64,000 bases of DNA from assembly GCF_009914755.1 (NCBI RefSeq), contig NC_060940.1. The stretch is one strand, 5' to 3'. The notes under the pieces are model-generated. The model did not search any database. It was not told the DNA's origin and saw nothing but the letters and a program-made list of their open reading frames with translations. This DNA comes from the human T2T-CHM13v2.0 reference genome, Homo sapiens. This document shows, piece by piece, positions 15,737-33,678 of this stretch; positions within the stretch are counted from its first letter, which is position 1, and each line of letters starts with the position of its first letter. The position numbers and the translations under genes were made by a program.

Positions 15737-15740
<4 letters not shown>
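15622..15740 (+). mobile_element. Upstream piece of the same L1PB, inverted
   Basis: aaaaagacacttgcacacgcatgtttatagcagcacaattcacaat...gagtggataaagaaaatgtg is the L1 sequence immediately 5' of the 14812-15215 piece. Confidence 0.85.
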
Positions 15741-15811
<71 letters not shown>

Positions 15812-16000
15812 GTGTATATATGTATTTACATATATACACATATATATGTGTGTATATATGTATTTACATATATATACACACATATGTGTGTATATGTATT
15901 TACATATATATACACACATATGTGTGTATATGTATTTACATATATATACACACATATGTGTGTATATGTATTTACATATATATATACATATATATATATC
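15740..16000. repeat. (TA)~20 (CA)~12 followed by a ~36-bp minisatellite (catatgtgtgtatatgtatttacatatatatacaca) of about 5 copies
   Basis: Directly visible, with 12-aa periodicity in the ORF track. Confidence 0.93.
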
Positions 16001-16609
16001 ACATTTGGCTATATGTTTTTAAACTTGAGAAATACTCTGCACTTTTTTAGTTCTCCATTGTGAGCAGGCATTTTTAGAATTAGAAACAATGTTATCCAGG
16101 CCTGTAATACAAGTGCATAATGTGATCAAAGGTTTAGAGAGAAGGCCATGTGACTGTAGTGTAGTGAGGGAGAGGGAGAGCTTGTAGATGGGGAGACAGG
16201 CCAGGATCACATAGGGTCGGGATAAGGAGTTTGGAGCGTCTTTTCAATGTAATGGAAACCCATAGAAATATTTTAAGCAGGGAAATGGCATGATCAATTT
16301 CCAGATTTATAAAGCACAGTAATTTGGCATTTACTGCTGGCTTTCTCATTCTCTTTAATTATCCAGCTTCTGAGAATTCCTAATTTTACTTTCATATACA
16401 TATGTCTGTTTCCACAGCCTCCAAGCATTTACATTTCAAGAATGCTTTCCACAATATAAATAACAGTTTCCACTATTAGTCTTCAGACAGTAAGAAATAA
16501 AGTCAAAGCACTGGCTTCACCCTGGGTTATAAATTGCATGACTCATAGGAAGCAAAAATGTAATTTGCATTCGATTTGGCCAAGTTTTTGTTAAATTAAA
16601 ATGTATCAA

Positions 16610-17110
16610 GTAATTATTCAAGAACTGCATTACAAGAAAAAAAAGAGAGATGGAGCAGAGATACACAGATTAAAAGAGAATTAAAAGAAACATCAACCAG
16701 CCACAACGTAGAGAACTTGTTTGGATCATGATTTTTAAAAACTGTAAAAAAAAAAAAAATAGATAAATAAATTGGACAATTTGAAAATTGAATACTTATT
16801 GGATATTTTATGATATTAAGAAATTGTTAATTACTTGAGAAGTGATAATAATACTGTGATTTTTATTTAAGAGTCCTTATCTTTTATACATATATGGTGA
16901 AATATCTTCAGATAAAACTGTATGACATCTGTGATTTTATTTAAAATAATATAGAGTGGGATATGTGGGTGGAGGTAGAAATGTAACAAGATGACTATGA
17001 GTAGATAATTTTTGAAGCCTAGAAGATGGATATATGGAAATTTATGATACTAGTAGTTTTTCTACTATTGTATAGGGTTAAAATTTTCAAAGATCATTAA
17101 AAAAAAAAGC
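16610..17110 (+). mobile_element. Old L1M (MC/MD-type) 3' end
   Basis: gattaaaagagaattaaaagaaacatcaacc...gatattaagaaattgttaat, A-tail near 17100. Confidence 0.6.
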
Positions 17111-17975
17111 AATTTTAAAGCATTCAGTAAGAAAACATGAATTTACTTAATATGAACTTCCAGATAAAAATGTCTGTAATATTTCTCCTTTCCAAAGATT
17201 CTCTTCTTGATTTACATATTAATAATCTATCCCCATTTATCCATCCATTTATTTCATCCATCTGTCCATGCTATTATCGATCTATTAATCTGCCTGTCTA
17301 TCCATTATTACATTACCAATAACTATTATTCAAATGTCTGGTTCAGAGTTGCTGTCTTGATTTGAGATCCCCCAGAAGTAGACCTTGAGATGAGGATTCA
17401 TGTGCCAGCAGTTCCTCTGGTGGTGTAGGAGAAATTTGGAAGGGAGTAAAGAGAAGAGAAAGCAGTCTTACAAGCTGTCTTATCAAGCAGGCCAGCACTG
17501 AGGGCAACTGCAGCTTAATCACTAGGAAAATCCTATGAAATGGTGTAAACACACATCTCCGAATTTCTCCACCTGATGGGATGTTTTGATATCAGTTGGG
17601 TTGGTAATTGCTTGAGGGCTATTCTCAGAAAAAGTTAAGTCTCTGGCCACCTATGAGTTGGTGGACCAGGTATTCAGAGAGGGTACAACAGGGATGAGAA
17701 CCTCTTTGCTCCTTCTGATGGCTCTTTCCTCCTTTCTTTCTTTCTTTCTGCTTCTTTCTGTTATTACCTCTCTCCCCCTCCCTTTCTTCTTTTCTTTCTT
17801 CCTGTCTTCTTCCCTTTGCATTCATTTCTTTGTTTTTCTGTTTGGTCTTCAGTAAGAAAATAAAGAGTAAACTAGGCAACACTGGATACTTTAAGAGTAA
17901 TTGAAGATAGATAAATTAGAATTTTACAGTAAAGATAGCACTGTTGAAGTTGTCAGTATAAAAATAAAGTCACAT

Positions 17976-18290
17976 GGCCAGGTGCTGCCACTCACGCCTG
18001 TAATCCTAGCACTTTGGGAGGGTGAGGCAGGAGTATTGCTTGAACTCAGGATTTCTAGGCCAGCCTGGTCAATATGGTGAAAACCTATCTCTACTAAAAA
18101 TACAAAACTTATCTGGGCGTGGTGGTGTGCGCCTGTAATTCTAGCTACTCTGGAGGCTAAGGTGGGAGGATCACTTGAACCGGTGAAGCGGAGGGTTGCA
18201 GTGAGCCAAGACTGGGCCACTGAACTCAAGCCTGAGTGACAGAGCAAGACCCTGTCTCAAAAAATGAAACAAAACAAAATAAATTAATAA
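17976..18290 (+). mobile_element. Alu (J/early S) in the 5' LTR
   Basis: TSD ataaagtcac. Confidence 0.9.
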
Positions 18291-18670
18291 ACATAAAGTC
18301 ACTTGTGCTAAAAAACAAAAAACTGACAAATGGAGCCTTAAAAGGCCATGAAGGGAGGTTCTCATGGATAAATGCCTGATAAAAACAATCACAAAACACT
18401 TTGCAAAAGCCACAATCTTTCACAAAGGCCATTGCAACCTTACAACAACAAAAACAACAACAACAAAACCAAAACAACAACAACAACAAAAAAACCCAAA
18501 ACCTGCTGTGAGGACATCTGCCCAGCAACTACCTGTCCAGTCCTGAACTGGCACCACCCTTGTTATTGATCCTTTTAGCCAAGGATTATTATCTCAAAAG
18601 AATTATGTAATCCTCTTGGTTTTTCCTTTAAAAATGTCTATCTTCCTTTTCCTCCCTGAATATGCACATA

Positions 18671-18735
18671 TTAGGTTGGTGCAAAAGTAATTGCGGTTTT
18701 TGCCACTGCTTTTCATTAGTTTTGCACCAACTTAA
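18671..18735. mobile_element. MADE1, internally deleted, inside the LTR
   Basis: ttaggttggtgcaaaagtaattgcgg...ttttgcaccaacttaa with a TA TSD. Confidence 0.9.
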
Positions 18736-19231
18736 TAGTTTACTATGGCATATACATTCCCATTGCAATTCCCTGTTTCCAAATAAATATAATTTTATTT
18801 TAGAGAGGCTCTCTCTGTTAGTGATTTAGGTTGACATAAATTGTGTTGGAAGGGGAACCTGAAGAAATATCGCTATCAGGAGGAATTGGCAACTCGTGGA
18901 GTTAGTGTTCAGTAGTCACTTGAGTCCTTGGAGCTCCACTTCCATGGTTTGCCTTTTATGGCTGGCCTTTCTTGCCCTGGTGAGTCTTCTTTCATACCAA
19001 GCCTCCCTCTTTTTGGTAGAGGTGTTTGGCTTCATTTTGGATTTGCTTTGGTGATAAGGCTGCCTTAATAAAGGACCTTAAAACACTCCTGGGATGATAA
19101 AAGACTTTTTGTCTTTTCTGGCATAAAGATAAGTGCCCTTCTGGTTTGAGTACTCTGGTTTCTATAGAATTTACATCTGTCTGCAAGGCATGTCTTCTGT
19201 GGTAAATTTACTTTTGGTTATTTTTATGTTC

Positions 19232-19488
19232 CTAAAGAGTGCTTGGGCCTTGAGTGAACATCAGCTGTAGCCAGTAAGTACTTGCTGCAGGCCTGGGGTA
19301 GTGCTGGCAATGGGGAGGCACTCCCTCTGCTTAAAGAAAGGGGAGGGCAGAGTGGGAAGCGCTTTGTCTTGAGGCTTGGGTGACAGCTCAGCTACACTAG
19401 AATAGAGCACCAGGTAGATTCCTAAGGTTCTTGACTTCAGGCCCTGGCTCTTGTACAGAATTTCTGGATCTACCCAGGACTAGGGGAA
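19232..19488 (+). mobile_element. Old L1 (L1MA/L1PBa-type) 5'UTR fragment
   Basis: gggccttgagtgaacatcagc...agaatagagcaccaggtagattcctaagg...ccctggctc resembles the recalled L1M1/L1PBa 5' end. Confidence 0.7.
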
Positions 19489-20231
19489 CAGCTTCTACAA
19501 TTGATTCGGCAGGAATCAAATCTGAGTTTGTCTACAGCGGATTCTGAGGAGACAAGACCTTCCGTGATGCTGAGTGACAGCATCTCCCAAAGTTAAAAAT
19601 ACCAAATGCATGACAGTGCTCCTGTGATTGGTTAACAGGGTGGTAGTCACTAATCCATTGAAATGTCTTCTTTAAGGGGAACATGTGGGCGATCTTAATG
19701 TTATGGCTCTGAAATAAGAACCAGGTGCCAGCTATAGTTTCGGAACAGTCACCCCCCAAGTGTTATAGGCCTGGAGCGAGGAGTAGTACTCCTGAGCAGG
19801 ATGATGATTTCTCGGAGGTTGGTAGATTAAGTGACCAAAATTTGGTAAGGGATATCCATGTTGGTGAGGGATTTCTTGACTGAGTTGTGCTATGTCTGAT
19901 GAATGAATGTATGTACTAACGTATGTACTATGTAATATTAAGGATTTTTAGTACGGGTCAATATTCATATGGATTAGGTTTTGTTGTACGGTTCAAAATA
20001 GTAGATGTGCAATAATTGGCTAAGAGATTGTTAACATGTGCTTATATGTATGTGGACTAGATTTATAATGTACTCTCATATATGAATGTACTATGTACAA
20101 ATAAGCCATTATAGTACTATATATTATCCATGGGGACTAAGAGTAATGCATGAAGTACATAAAAGCACTAATGTGTTACTGCTAGTTGATTAGGACTGGC
20201 ATGGTAGTTGAAGTGTGTGCTGAGAAAAGTT
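19489..20231 (-). other. NUMT control region (D-loop) copy
   Basis: Central-domain motifs (aaaataccaaatgcatg, tttaaggggaacatgtggg, ggcaggaatcaaa) and TAS-like atgtact repeats. Confidence 0.88.
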
Positions 20232-20299
20232 CAGGGAACAGTTTAATTAGAATTTCAGCTTTGGGTGTGGACAATGAAATGGGAATGCTTTTTCCCTGA
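20232..20299 (+). pseudogene. mt-tRNA-Pro pseudogene (NUMT)
   Basis: cagggaacagtttaattagaatttcagctttgggtg...tttccctga, TGG anticodon, expected position. Confidence 0.88.
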
Positions 20300-20300
20300 G

Positions 20301-20367
20301 TGTCCTGGGGAGGGAATTCTCCATTTCTGGTTTACAAGACCAGAGTATTGAATTATACTACAAGGAC
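20301..20367 (-). pseudogene. mt-tRNA-Thr pseudogene (NUMT)
   Basis: Reverse complement gtccttgtagtataa...ggtcttgtaaacc...aggaca, TGT anticodon. Confidence 0.88.
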
Positions 20368-21506
20368 ATTTTCATTTAAGTAGTTTATTTTCAGTTAAGG
20401 TAGTGAGTGGTATGAGGGTGAGGATGGTAGAGAAGTACATAACAGATGCTGTGTTTCCGATGGCAATAAAAGGGCATTCGACTGGCTGCCCTCCGATTCA
20501 TCTGAGGGTAAACAGGTCAGCGACTAACATTCAGAATTGGCATTGACTGAATGGCTGAATACTGTGCTTGGTTGTTTAGACATGTGAAGAATGGGAATAG
20601 CTGCTAGAAAGAGAATGGAGAATACAAGGGCCAGTACGCCTCCCAGTTTGTTAGGGATGGATCGTAAGATTGCGTATGCAAACACAAAGTATCACTCTGG
20701 CTTAATGTGTGGTGGGGTGTTGAGGGGGTTGGCTAAAGTGTAATTATCTGAGTCGTTCAGAAGGTCAGGCAAAAATAGTGCTAGAGTTATTAGAAAGAGG
20801 AAGAGAAAAATGAAAACTAGATTATCTTTGGTTGTATAGTAGGGATGGAAAGTGATTTTGTCAGGGTCTGATGAAACCCCTGCAGGATTATTAGATCCTG
20901 TTTTATGTAAAAATAAAAGGCGAATAGTTGCTAGAGCTGTAATGATGAAGGGTAAGATGAAATGGAAGGCAAAAATCATGTAAGGGTGGCTTGGTCAACT
21001 GAGAATCCGCCTCAGATTCATTGTATAAGGTCAGTTCCAATATATGGGATGGCTGATGGTAGATTTGTAATTACTGCAGCGCCTCAGAATAATATTTGGC
21101 CTCATGGGAGAACACAGCCTATAAATGCTGTTGCTATAGTTGTGAATTGGAGGATAATGCCAATATTTCAGGTTCCTAGGAATATAAATGATCCATAGTA
21201 TAAGCCTCGGCCAATGTGTAAGAAGAGGCAGATGAAAAATATTGAAGTGCCGTTAGCATGAAAATAGCGGACCATTCAGCAGGAGTTTACATCTCGGCTG
21301 ATATGGGCAACTGAAGAGAAGGCAGTTGAGCTGTCTGATGTATAGTGCGTGGCCAAAAGTAATCCCGTAATGATCTGGAGAATTAGGCAGGTACCAAGAA
21401 GTGAGCCAAAGTTTCATCATGTAGAAATGTTAGAGGGTGTGGGAAGATCAATAAATGAGTAATTAATAATTTTTCTTAGCGGGTGTGTTTTGCTGGTATT
21501 GGTCAT
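20368..21506 (-). pseudogene. MT-CYB: Cytochrome b pseudogene (NUMT)
   Basis: ATGACCAAT start, peptides [13 protein letters not shown] and [20 protein letters not shown] end. A 1-nt deletion causes a frameshift near 20975. Confidence 0.95.
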
Positions 21507-21510
21507 TAGT

Positions 21511-21579
21511 GTTCTTATAGTTGAAGTACAACGATGAGTTTTCATGTCATTAGTCACGGTTATAGTCCATGTGGGAATA
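21511..21579 (+). pseudogene. mt-tRNA-Glu pseudogene (NUMT)
   Basis: gttcttatagttgaagtacaacgatg..ttttcatgtcatt...gaata, located between CYTB and ND6. Confidence 0.9.
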
Positions 21580-22109
21580 ATGGCATATGCATTATTTTTA
21601 TTGAGTGTACTTTTGGTTACAGGGTTTGTAGGTTTTTCTTCAAAACCTTCTCCTATTTATGGAGGTCTAGGGTTAATTATTAGTGGTGCTGTGGGTTGTG
21701 GTATTGTGTTGAATTTTGGCGGAGATTTCGTGGGGTTAATAGTTTTTATTTATTTATTTATTTGGGCAGTATGATGGTTGTTTTTGGTTATACTGCGGCG
21801 ATGGCTATTGGGGAATACCCTGAAACATGAGAGTCAAATATTGACATTTGAGGGGCCTTATTATTAGGGTTATTAATAGAGTTGGTGTTGGTTCGGTGAA
21901 TAGTTGAGTATGATGGGGTGGTAATTATGACTGATTTTAATAGCATAGAGAGTTGAATGATTTTTGAGGGTGAGGGAGTGGGGTTATTGTATGAGGATTC
22001 TGTGGGTGTGGCTGCCTTGTACAGTTATGGGTGTTGATTGGTGGTAGTTGCTGGTTGATCATTATTTGTTAGTATTTATGTTGCAACTGAAATTACTTGG
22101 GGTAATAGA
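21580..22109 (+). pseudogene. MT-ND6: ND6 pseudogene (NUMT)
   Basis: MAYALFLLS...[20 protein letters not shown] (TATT)n expansion near 21750 shifts the frame. Ends GGT AAT AGA. Confidence 0.94.
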
Positions 22110-22757
<648 letters not shown>

Positions 22758-25700
22758 AAACAAATTAAAATGGAAACACAACATGCCAAAACCTATCCGA
22801 TACAGTGAAAGCAGTACTAAGTGGGAAGGTGATAGGTTCTTTTGATAAGTGGCTACATCAAAAAACTAGAAAAACTTCAAATAAACAACCTTTTAAAGAA
22901 TTAGAAAAGCAAGAGCAAATTAAACCCAAAATTGGTAGAAGAAAGAAATAATAAAGATCAGAGTAGAAATAAACAAAATTGAAACAGGAAAAAAAACTAT
23001 GAAAGATCAATGAAATAAAAAGTTGGTTTTTGGAAAAGATAAAATAGACAAAACTTTATCCTGATTACCTAAGGAAAAAGAGAGAAAATCCAAATAAATA
23101 AAATGGGAGATGAAAATGGAGATGTTACAACTGATACCACAGAAATTCAAAGCAACATTAAAGGCTACTATGAGCAATTGTATGTCAATAAATTAGAAAA
23201 TCTAGAAGAAATGGATAAATTCCTCGACACATACAACCTACTGAGATTGAACCATGAAGAACTCCTTAACCTGAACAAACCAATAACAGCTAATGAGATT
23301 GAAGATGTAATAAAAAGTCTACCAGCAAAAAAAAAAAAAAAAAAAAAAGCCCAGAAAACGATGGTTTCACTGCAGAATTTTACCAAATATTTAAAGAAGA
23401 ACTATTACCAATCCTACTCAAATTATTGTGAAAAATAGAGGAGCAAGGAATGCTTCCAAACTCCTTCTGTGAGGTCAGTATTACCGTAATACCAAAACCA
23501 GACAAAGACATATCAAAAAAAAAAAGAAAGAAAGAAACTACAAGCTAATATATCCCTGATGAACATTGATACAAAAATTCTAGACTAACTACTAGCAAAC
23601 CAAATTCAACCACACATTAAAAAGATCATTTATCATGACCAAGTGGGATTTATCCCACGGAAGCAAGGATTGTTTAACATATGCAAATCAATCAATATGA
23701 TACATTATATCAACAGAATGAAGGACAAAAACCATATGACTATTACAATTGATGCTGAAAAACTACCTGATAAAATTCAACATCCTTTTTGATAAAAACC
23801 CTCAAAAAAACTGGGTACAGAAGAAACATATCTCAACTCAATAAAAACCATATATCACAGATCCACAGCTGGTATCATACTGAATGGGGAAAAACTGAAA
23901 GCCTTTCCTCAGATCTGGAACAAGGCAACGATGCCCACTTTCATCACTGTTGTTCAACATAATACTGGAAATTTCAGCTGGAGCAATCAGACAGGAGAAA
24001 GAAATAAAGGGGATCCAAACTGGAAAAAAAATTATTCTTGTTTACAGATGATATAATCTTATGTTTGGAAAAACCTAAAGATTCCACACAAAAACTATTG
24101 GAAGCAATAAATTCAGTAGAAGTACAGGATGCAAAATCCACATAAAAAATTAGTAGTATCTCTGTATGCGAAGAACAAATGATCTGAAAAGGAAATCAAG
24201 AAAGTAATCTCATTTATAATAGCTACAAATAAAATTAAATACCTAGGAATACATTTAATCAAAGAAGTGAAACATATCTACAATTAAAATTATAAAACAT
24301 CAACGAAAGAAATCAAAGAGGATAAAAAAAGAAAGTTATTCCATGTTCATGGATTACAAGAATAAATGTTGTTAAAAAGTCCATAGTACACAGAGCAATC
24401 TACAGATTCAATGCAATCTCTATCTAAATACCAATGACATTCTTCATAGAAACCGAAAAAAATCCTAAAATGTATATGGAACCACAAGACTCAGAATAGC
24501 CAAAGCTATCCTGAGTAAAAAAGAACCAAACTGGAGTAATCATATTATCTCTCTTCAAATTATACTACAGAGCTACAGTAACCAAAACAACATAGTACTG
24601 GCATAAAAACAGACACATAGACCGGTGGAACAGGTTAGAGAACCCAGAAATAAATCTGTACATCTACAGTGAGCTCATTTTTGACAAAGATGCCAATAAC
24701 ATACATTGGGGAAAAAACAATCTCTTCAATAAACGGTGCCAGGAAAACTGGATATCTATATGCAGAAAAATGAAACTAGACTCCTGTCTCCCACATATAC
24801 AAAAATCAAATAAAAATGGATTAAATACTTAAAACCATGACCTCAAACTATAAAACTACTACAAGAAAACTTTACAAAAATCTTTCAAGACATTGGACTG
24901 GGCAAACATTTCTTGAGCAATACCCCATAAGCACAGGAAATCAAAGAAAAATGGACAAATCACATCAAGTGAAAAAGCTTCTGCACAGCAAAGAATACAA
25001 TGAACAAGTGAAAAGACAACGAACAGAATGAAAAAAAATTTGCAAACTACGCATTTGACAGGGAATTAATAACCAGAATTTATAAGGAGCTCAAACAACT
25101 CAATAGAAAAAAATCTGATAATTTGATTAAAAATGGGGAGAAGATCTGAATAGAAATTTCTCAAAAGAAGTTATAGAAATGGCAAACAGACATATAAAGA
25201 GGCACTCAACCTTACTGATCATCAGAGAAGTGCAAATCAAAACTACATTGAGGTATCATTTCATCCCAGTTAAAATTATTTTTATCCAAAAGACAGGCAA
25301 TAACAAATGTTGGTGAGGACTTAGAGAAAAGGGAACCATTGTACACTGTTGGTGGGAATGTAAATTAGTACAACCACTATGGAGAACAGTTTGGAGATTC
25401 CTCAAAAAAACTAAAAATAGAGCTACTAGGTATATATGCAAAAGAAATGAAATCAGTATATCAAAGAGATATCTGCAATCCAATATCTATTGAAGCACGA
25501 GTCAGAATAGCCAAGATTTGGAAGCAACCTAAGTGTCCATCAACACACAAATGGGTAAAGAAAATATGATACATGTACACAATGGAGTACTATTCAGCCA
25601 TAGAAAAGAATCAGAATAGAAAAGAATCGGATTCGGTCATTTGCAACAACATGGATGGAATTGGAAGGTCATTATGTTAGGTGAAATAAGCCAGGCACAG

Positions 25701-26095
25701 AAAGGCAAACTTTACATGTTCTCACTTATTTGTGGCTGCTAAACAAAACAATTAAACTCATGGAGATAGAGAGTACGATGATGGTTATCGAGTCTGGTAA
25801 GTGTAATGTGGTGCTGGGAGGGGGATAGTCAATGCTAGCAAGAATATAGTTTGAATGAATGAGATCTAGTATTTGATGGTACAACAGGATATCTATAGTC
25901 AAGAATAATTTATTGTACATTTAAAAATAACTAAAACAGTATATTCGGATTGTTTGTAACACAAAGAAAGGATAAATATTTGAGGTGCTGGATAGTCTAT
26001 TTACCCTGATGTGATTACCATGCATTGTATGTCTGTATCAAAATATCTTATGTAGCCTATACATATATATGCCTATTATGTAACCCCCCGACACA
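22758..26095 (+). mobile_element. Old L1 (L1MA1-3-like), ORF2 after the endonuclease domain through the 3'UTR
   Basis: Decayed ORF2 ([18 protein letters not shown]) and an L1MA-type 3'UTR (gtacaacagg..., ttaccctgatgtgatt). Confidence 0.9.
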
Positions 26096-26157
26096 CAAAT
26101 CAGAAACTCTGAGGAAAAAGAAACTGACTTTACATTTAACATGTAGAACGTTCTAAG

Positions 26158-26430
26158 TTTTTGTTTGTTTGTTTTTGTTTTTTTGAGACAAGGTCTCACT
26201 TTGTCACCCAGGTTGGAGTACAGTGGTGTGATGAACATATATCACTGCAGCCTTGACCTCCCAGGCTCAAGCAATCCTCCCACCTCAGTCTCCCCAGTAG
26301 AGAGGACTACAGGTGTGTGCAGCCATACCTGGCTAACTTTTGCATTTTTTGTGGAGATGGGATTTCACCCTAATCCCCGTCTTGTCTCAAACTCCTGAGC
26401 TCAAACCATCCGCTTGCCTCAGCCTTCCAA
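26158..26430 (-). mobile_element. AluJ
   Basis: ggctcaagcaatcctcccacctcag diagnostic. Confidence 0.85.
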
Positions 26431-27635
26431 GTTCTTTCTTTTTTTCCCCCCTCCTACTTTGAAACTGTTGACTTTTCTGCTGGTGTTGAGATAAAACTCA
26501 CTGCTTATGGCACTTCAGCCATGATATTTGGTAAAAAGTCTTAAAGGGATTCCATATTAATGTATTTGCAAATTCTAACAGCTCCATGGCAACCAACAAC
26601 CTAGATACCTTTTGGAAATGTAAATTTGGGTTTGCCTCACTAACAATTGCTTAGGGTGATGTAACTGTTAATTGAAGGATTGATAGTCTAAGAGAAAAAG
26701 AACCGGATAAATGTTCTTAAAAGGCTCTCAGATCAGACTGGTCAAAATGTTGAGCTTGGAGTAATAATACATGGTATTGCTGTTTGATATAAAGTTGCTT
26801 TGTGTGCTGTACAGGAGTCAGAAAAAGCAAAACATCCTGTTTAATTGCATCCTCACCTGCACTGACTAGTCAAAAAAAACCAGAGGAGCAAACAAGATAG
26901 ATTTGTTACTAAAAATTCAAGGCCACAGGGAAATTTTATTTTTTATGGAATTCAGGCAGTCCTACTTAAAATATTAACACAAACATTAATAATTTAACTA
27001 TAAACTCATTTGAAACTGAGAAGAAGGAATAAAAGGGTAAAAAAGATGTCTTTTTAAGAAGTCAACCTGCTATGCAAGCTGCCTTACTCAAAAATTTGGC
27101 CCACAGCCTTCATCAGATTACCTATCAGGGCAATGAAAATTTGGCCATATGAACTTGTCCCATTTTGTCAGAAATATAATTTTGATTCAATTATCTTTTA
27201 CAAACTAGTGTGTTTATATTACTTTTCATGACTAAAATAAAATTAAAGAGCTCTAAGATCCTTGTGTGTGTGTATGTGTACCTACATACACTTAGGTGTG
27301 TTTATGCATATGTACATTTATTATGTTGTATGTGTGTTTACACGGTAAAATCTGGTGTAGTTGGCCAGGAATCCCTTAAGGAATTCTATTCAGATAGGTT
27401 CAAACAAATGAGTGTTCCTAAAAATTTTAAAAATATATAGTAATTAACCCAAATAGCTTTCAGTTCATGTGGCTGAAGCAAATTTTTAACGAATAAGCTG
27501 ATTTTAAAATTATTGATTAAAAAAATAGAAATGTCTTTAAAATTGTCCACATACATTTTTGCCTGGATTTACTGGTCAGATAGTTTTATATTTGTCCCTG
27601 CTAGCTGACTTAAGGTTATAAAACTATAAGCCCCT

Positions 27636-28018
<383 letters not shown>

Positions 28019-28109
28019 TTAATATTGTTGGTTGAATAAATCTTCTGAGTTATTGATAAAATACCCATATATTTAATTTTAAGGTGTTTACTTAGGTGAA
28101 TACCTGATG

Positions 28110-28983
<874 letters not shown>

Positions 28984-29370
28984 TTACTATTAATTTTGTA
29001 TTTTCTCTTTTTAAACTTTGCATTTGTTACATGTTAAACTTTTGCGTAAGTACACCTCCTTAAAAAAATACTGCTGGCCCAGCACTTTGAGGTGATTGCA
29101 AAAGAGTGTGGAACAGAGAAAATTAAACTTAATAGTGGGCTCCAGATAGACTTAGCCTGAGAACCACTTCCTTCAAACCTTTCTTGTTTCTCAAATGTGG
29201 CTAAAGGGTTTTGACACTGAACCCTAACTGCCAATCACTCCCTCCAATGTGGGATCATACCAACAACCCAGGAAAGGTCCATCCCAACACCAAGAGAAAA
29301 TCAAAATCTAACCACAGGATGATTGATCAGCGATGCTTTTAAAGAAATACCTTGATTAAAAAGGGGGGAA

Positions 29371-29919
<549 letters not shown>

Positions 29920-30131
29920 CTCTGGCCTCCGCCACCACAGCAGATTTCAACCTCACTTCTAATCAACAATGCTTCTGATTTCAGTGCCAAAGATTCTCAG
30001 GTGCCAGGGTCACATTAGATAAAAGTAATCTTGTAAATTTGTTAATTTCTAAAAATCTAGGTGTCAATTTCCCTGAATCAAGGGAAAAAAGCCATACTCC
30101 ACTGATTAACACTGTTCTGGATCCCAGCCAC

Positions 30132-30430
30132 TGATATAGTTTGGATATTTGTCCCCTCCAAATCTCATGTTGACGTGTAATTTCCAGTGTTTGAGATTGG
30201 GCCTGGTGGGGGGTGTTTGGGTCATGGAGGTGGATTCTCTCACGAATAGCTTGGTGCTGTCCTTGTGATAATGAGAAGTTATCACTCTGTGTATATATGT
30301 GTATATATACACATGCGTGTGTATATATACACACATGTATATATATGTATATATGTGTATATATACACACGTGTGGATATACACGTGTGTATATATATGT
30401 GTGCGTATATACACATACACACACACATAT
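30132..30430. mobile_element. MST LTR fragment followed by (TA/TG/CA)n
   Basis: tgatatagtttggatatttgtcccctccaaatctcatgttg, with a microsatellite at 30286-30430. Confidence 0.75.
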
Positions 30431-32200
<1,770 letters not shown>

Positions 32201-32280
32201 AAAAACAACATAATTTGTTTTGCCAGTTGACAGAGCTTTAAGATAAAAGAGACCTATAAGGTAAAGATTTGGTCCCGATA

Positions 32281-32638
<358 letters not shown>

Positions 32639-32970
32639 TGAAGCCCATTTCTTCCTTGGCTCCTTTTCAATGAAGTAAAATCTTTCCATACTTCCTCCTC
32701 TTTTCCTTTTCTTTCTCTTCTTTTTCTTTTTAAGAATAAAAATACTCTTCATCAAGGAAACGGAAAATGAGTTAGTTTGTATTTGAATTTTTATTCTAAG
32801 AATTAATTTAATATGAATTAGAATTTTTGGAATAAGACTACTAATTCTGGCACTTTATGTATTAAAACCAATGAGTTTCCAATATGCATAATTCATATTC
32901 GAGAGAGAGCTCTTACTAGTTTCATAATTATTACTTCCTCCCACATTTGAAATTATTGGTATATATGTAG

Positions 32971-33345
<375 letters not shown>

Positions 33346-33454
33346 AGCACGGGCATTTCTTAGTTTAGCTCTACTGCTCCAAGGTATAAATACTGGAAAT
33401 ATCCAATTTCAGATTTAAAAATGATTAGCTGCTAATCCATGAGTGCTGGAGGAT

Positions 33455-33678
33455 GTTTTTTGTTTGTTTGTTATGTTCTGTTTTGTTTTGTTTTTTGTTT
33501 TGACAGAGGGTCTCACTCTTGTCCAGGTTGGAGTGCAGTGGCTCAATCACGGCTCACTGCAGCCTGACCTTCCCAGGCTCACCTCAGCCTCCTGGGTAGC
33601 TGGGACTACAGGCGTGCACCACCATGCCTAGCTAACTTTTTGGTGGAGATGGGGTTTCACCATGTTGCCCAGGCTGGA
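33455..33678 (-). mobile_element. Truncated, internally deleted AluJ
   Basis: Alu right arm and tail. Its duplicate lies at 28812-28975. Confidence 0.8.

Larger units (their letters stand above)
17942..18836 (+). mobile_element. ERV1 MER4-group 5' LTR (MER65-like) containing Alu and MADE1 insertions
   Basis: TG...CA ends (tgttgaagttgtcag ... ttaggttgaca), AATAAA at 18782, homologous to the LTR at 29371. Confidence 0.8.

Noticed and set aside
14812-15740. Twin-priming explanation for the oppositely oriented L1PB pieces
   Set aside because: The TSD is inverted and internal and non-L1 flank is included, which twin priming does not produce.
15067-16063. Cluster of long Y/I/C/V/H-rich ORFs, and the 36-bp repeat as CRISPR-like
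   Set aside because: These are translations of TA/CA microsatellites. The units are tandem with no unique spacers.
20692-21774. ORFs resembling cytochrome b and ND6 as functional genes or organelle contamination
   Set aside because: Frameshifted, interrupted by an AluY and embedded in nuclear repeats, so this is a NUMT.
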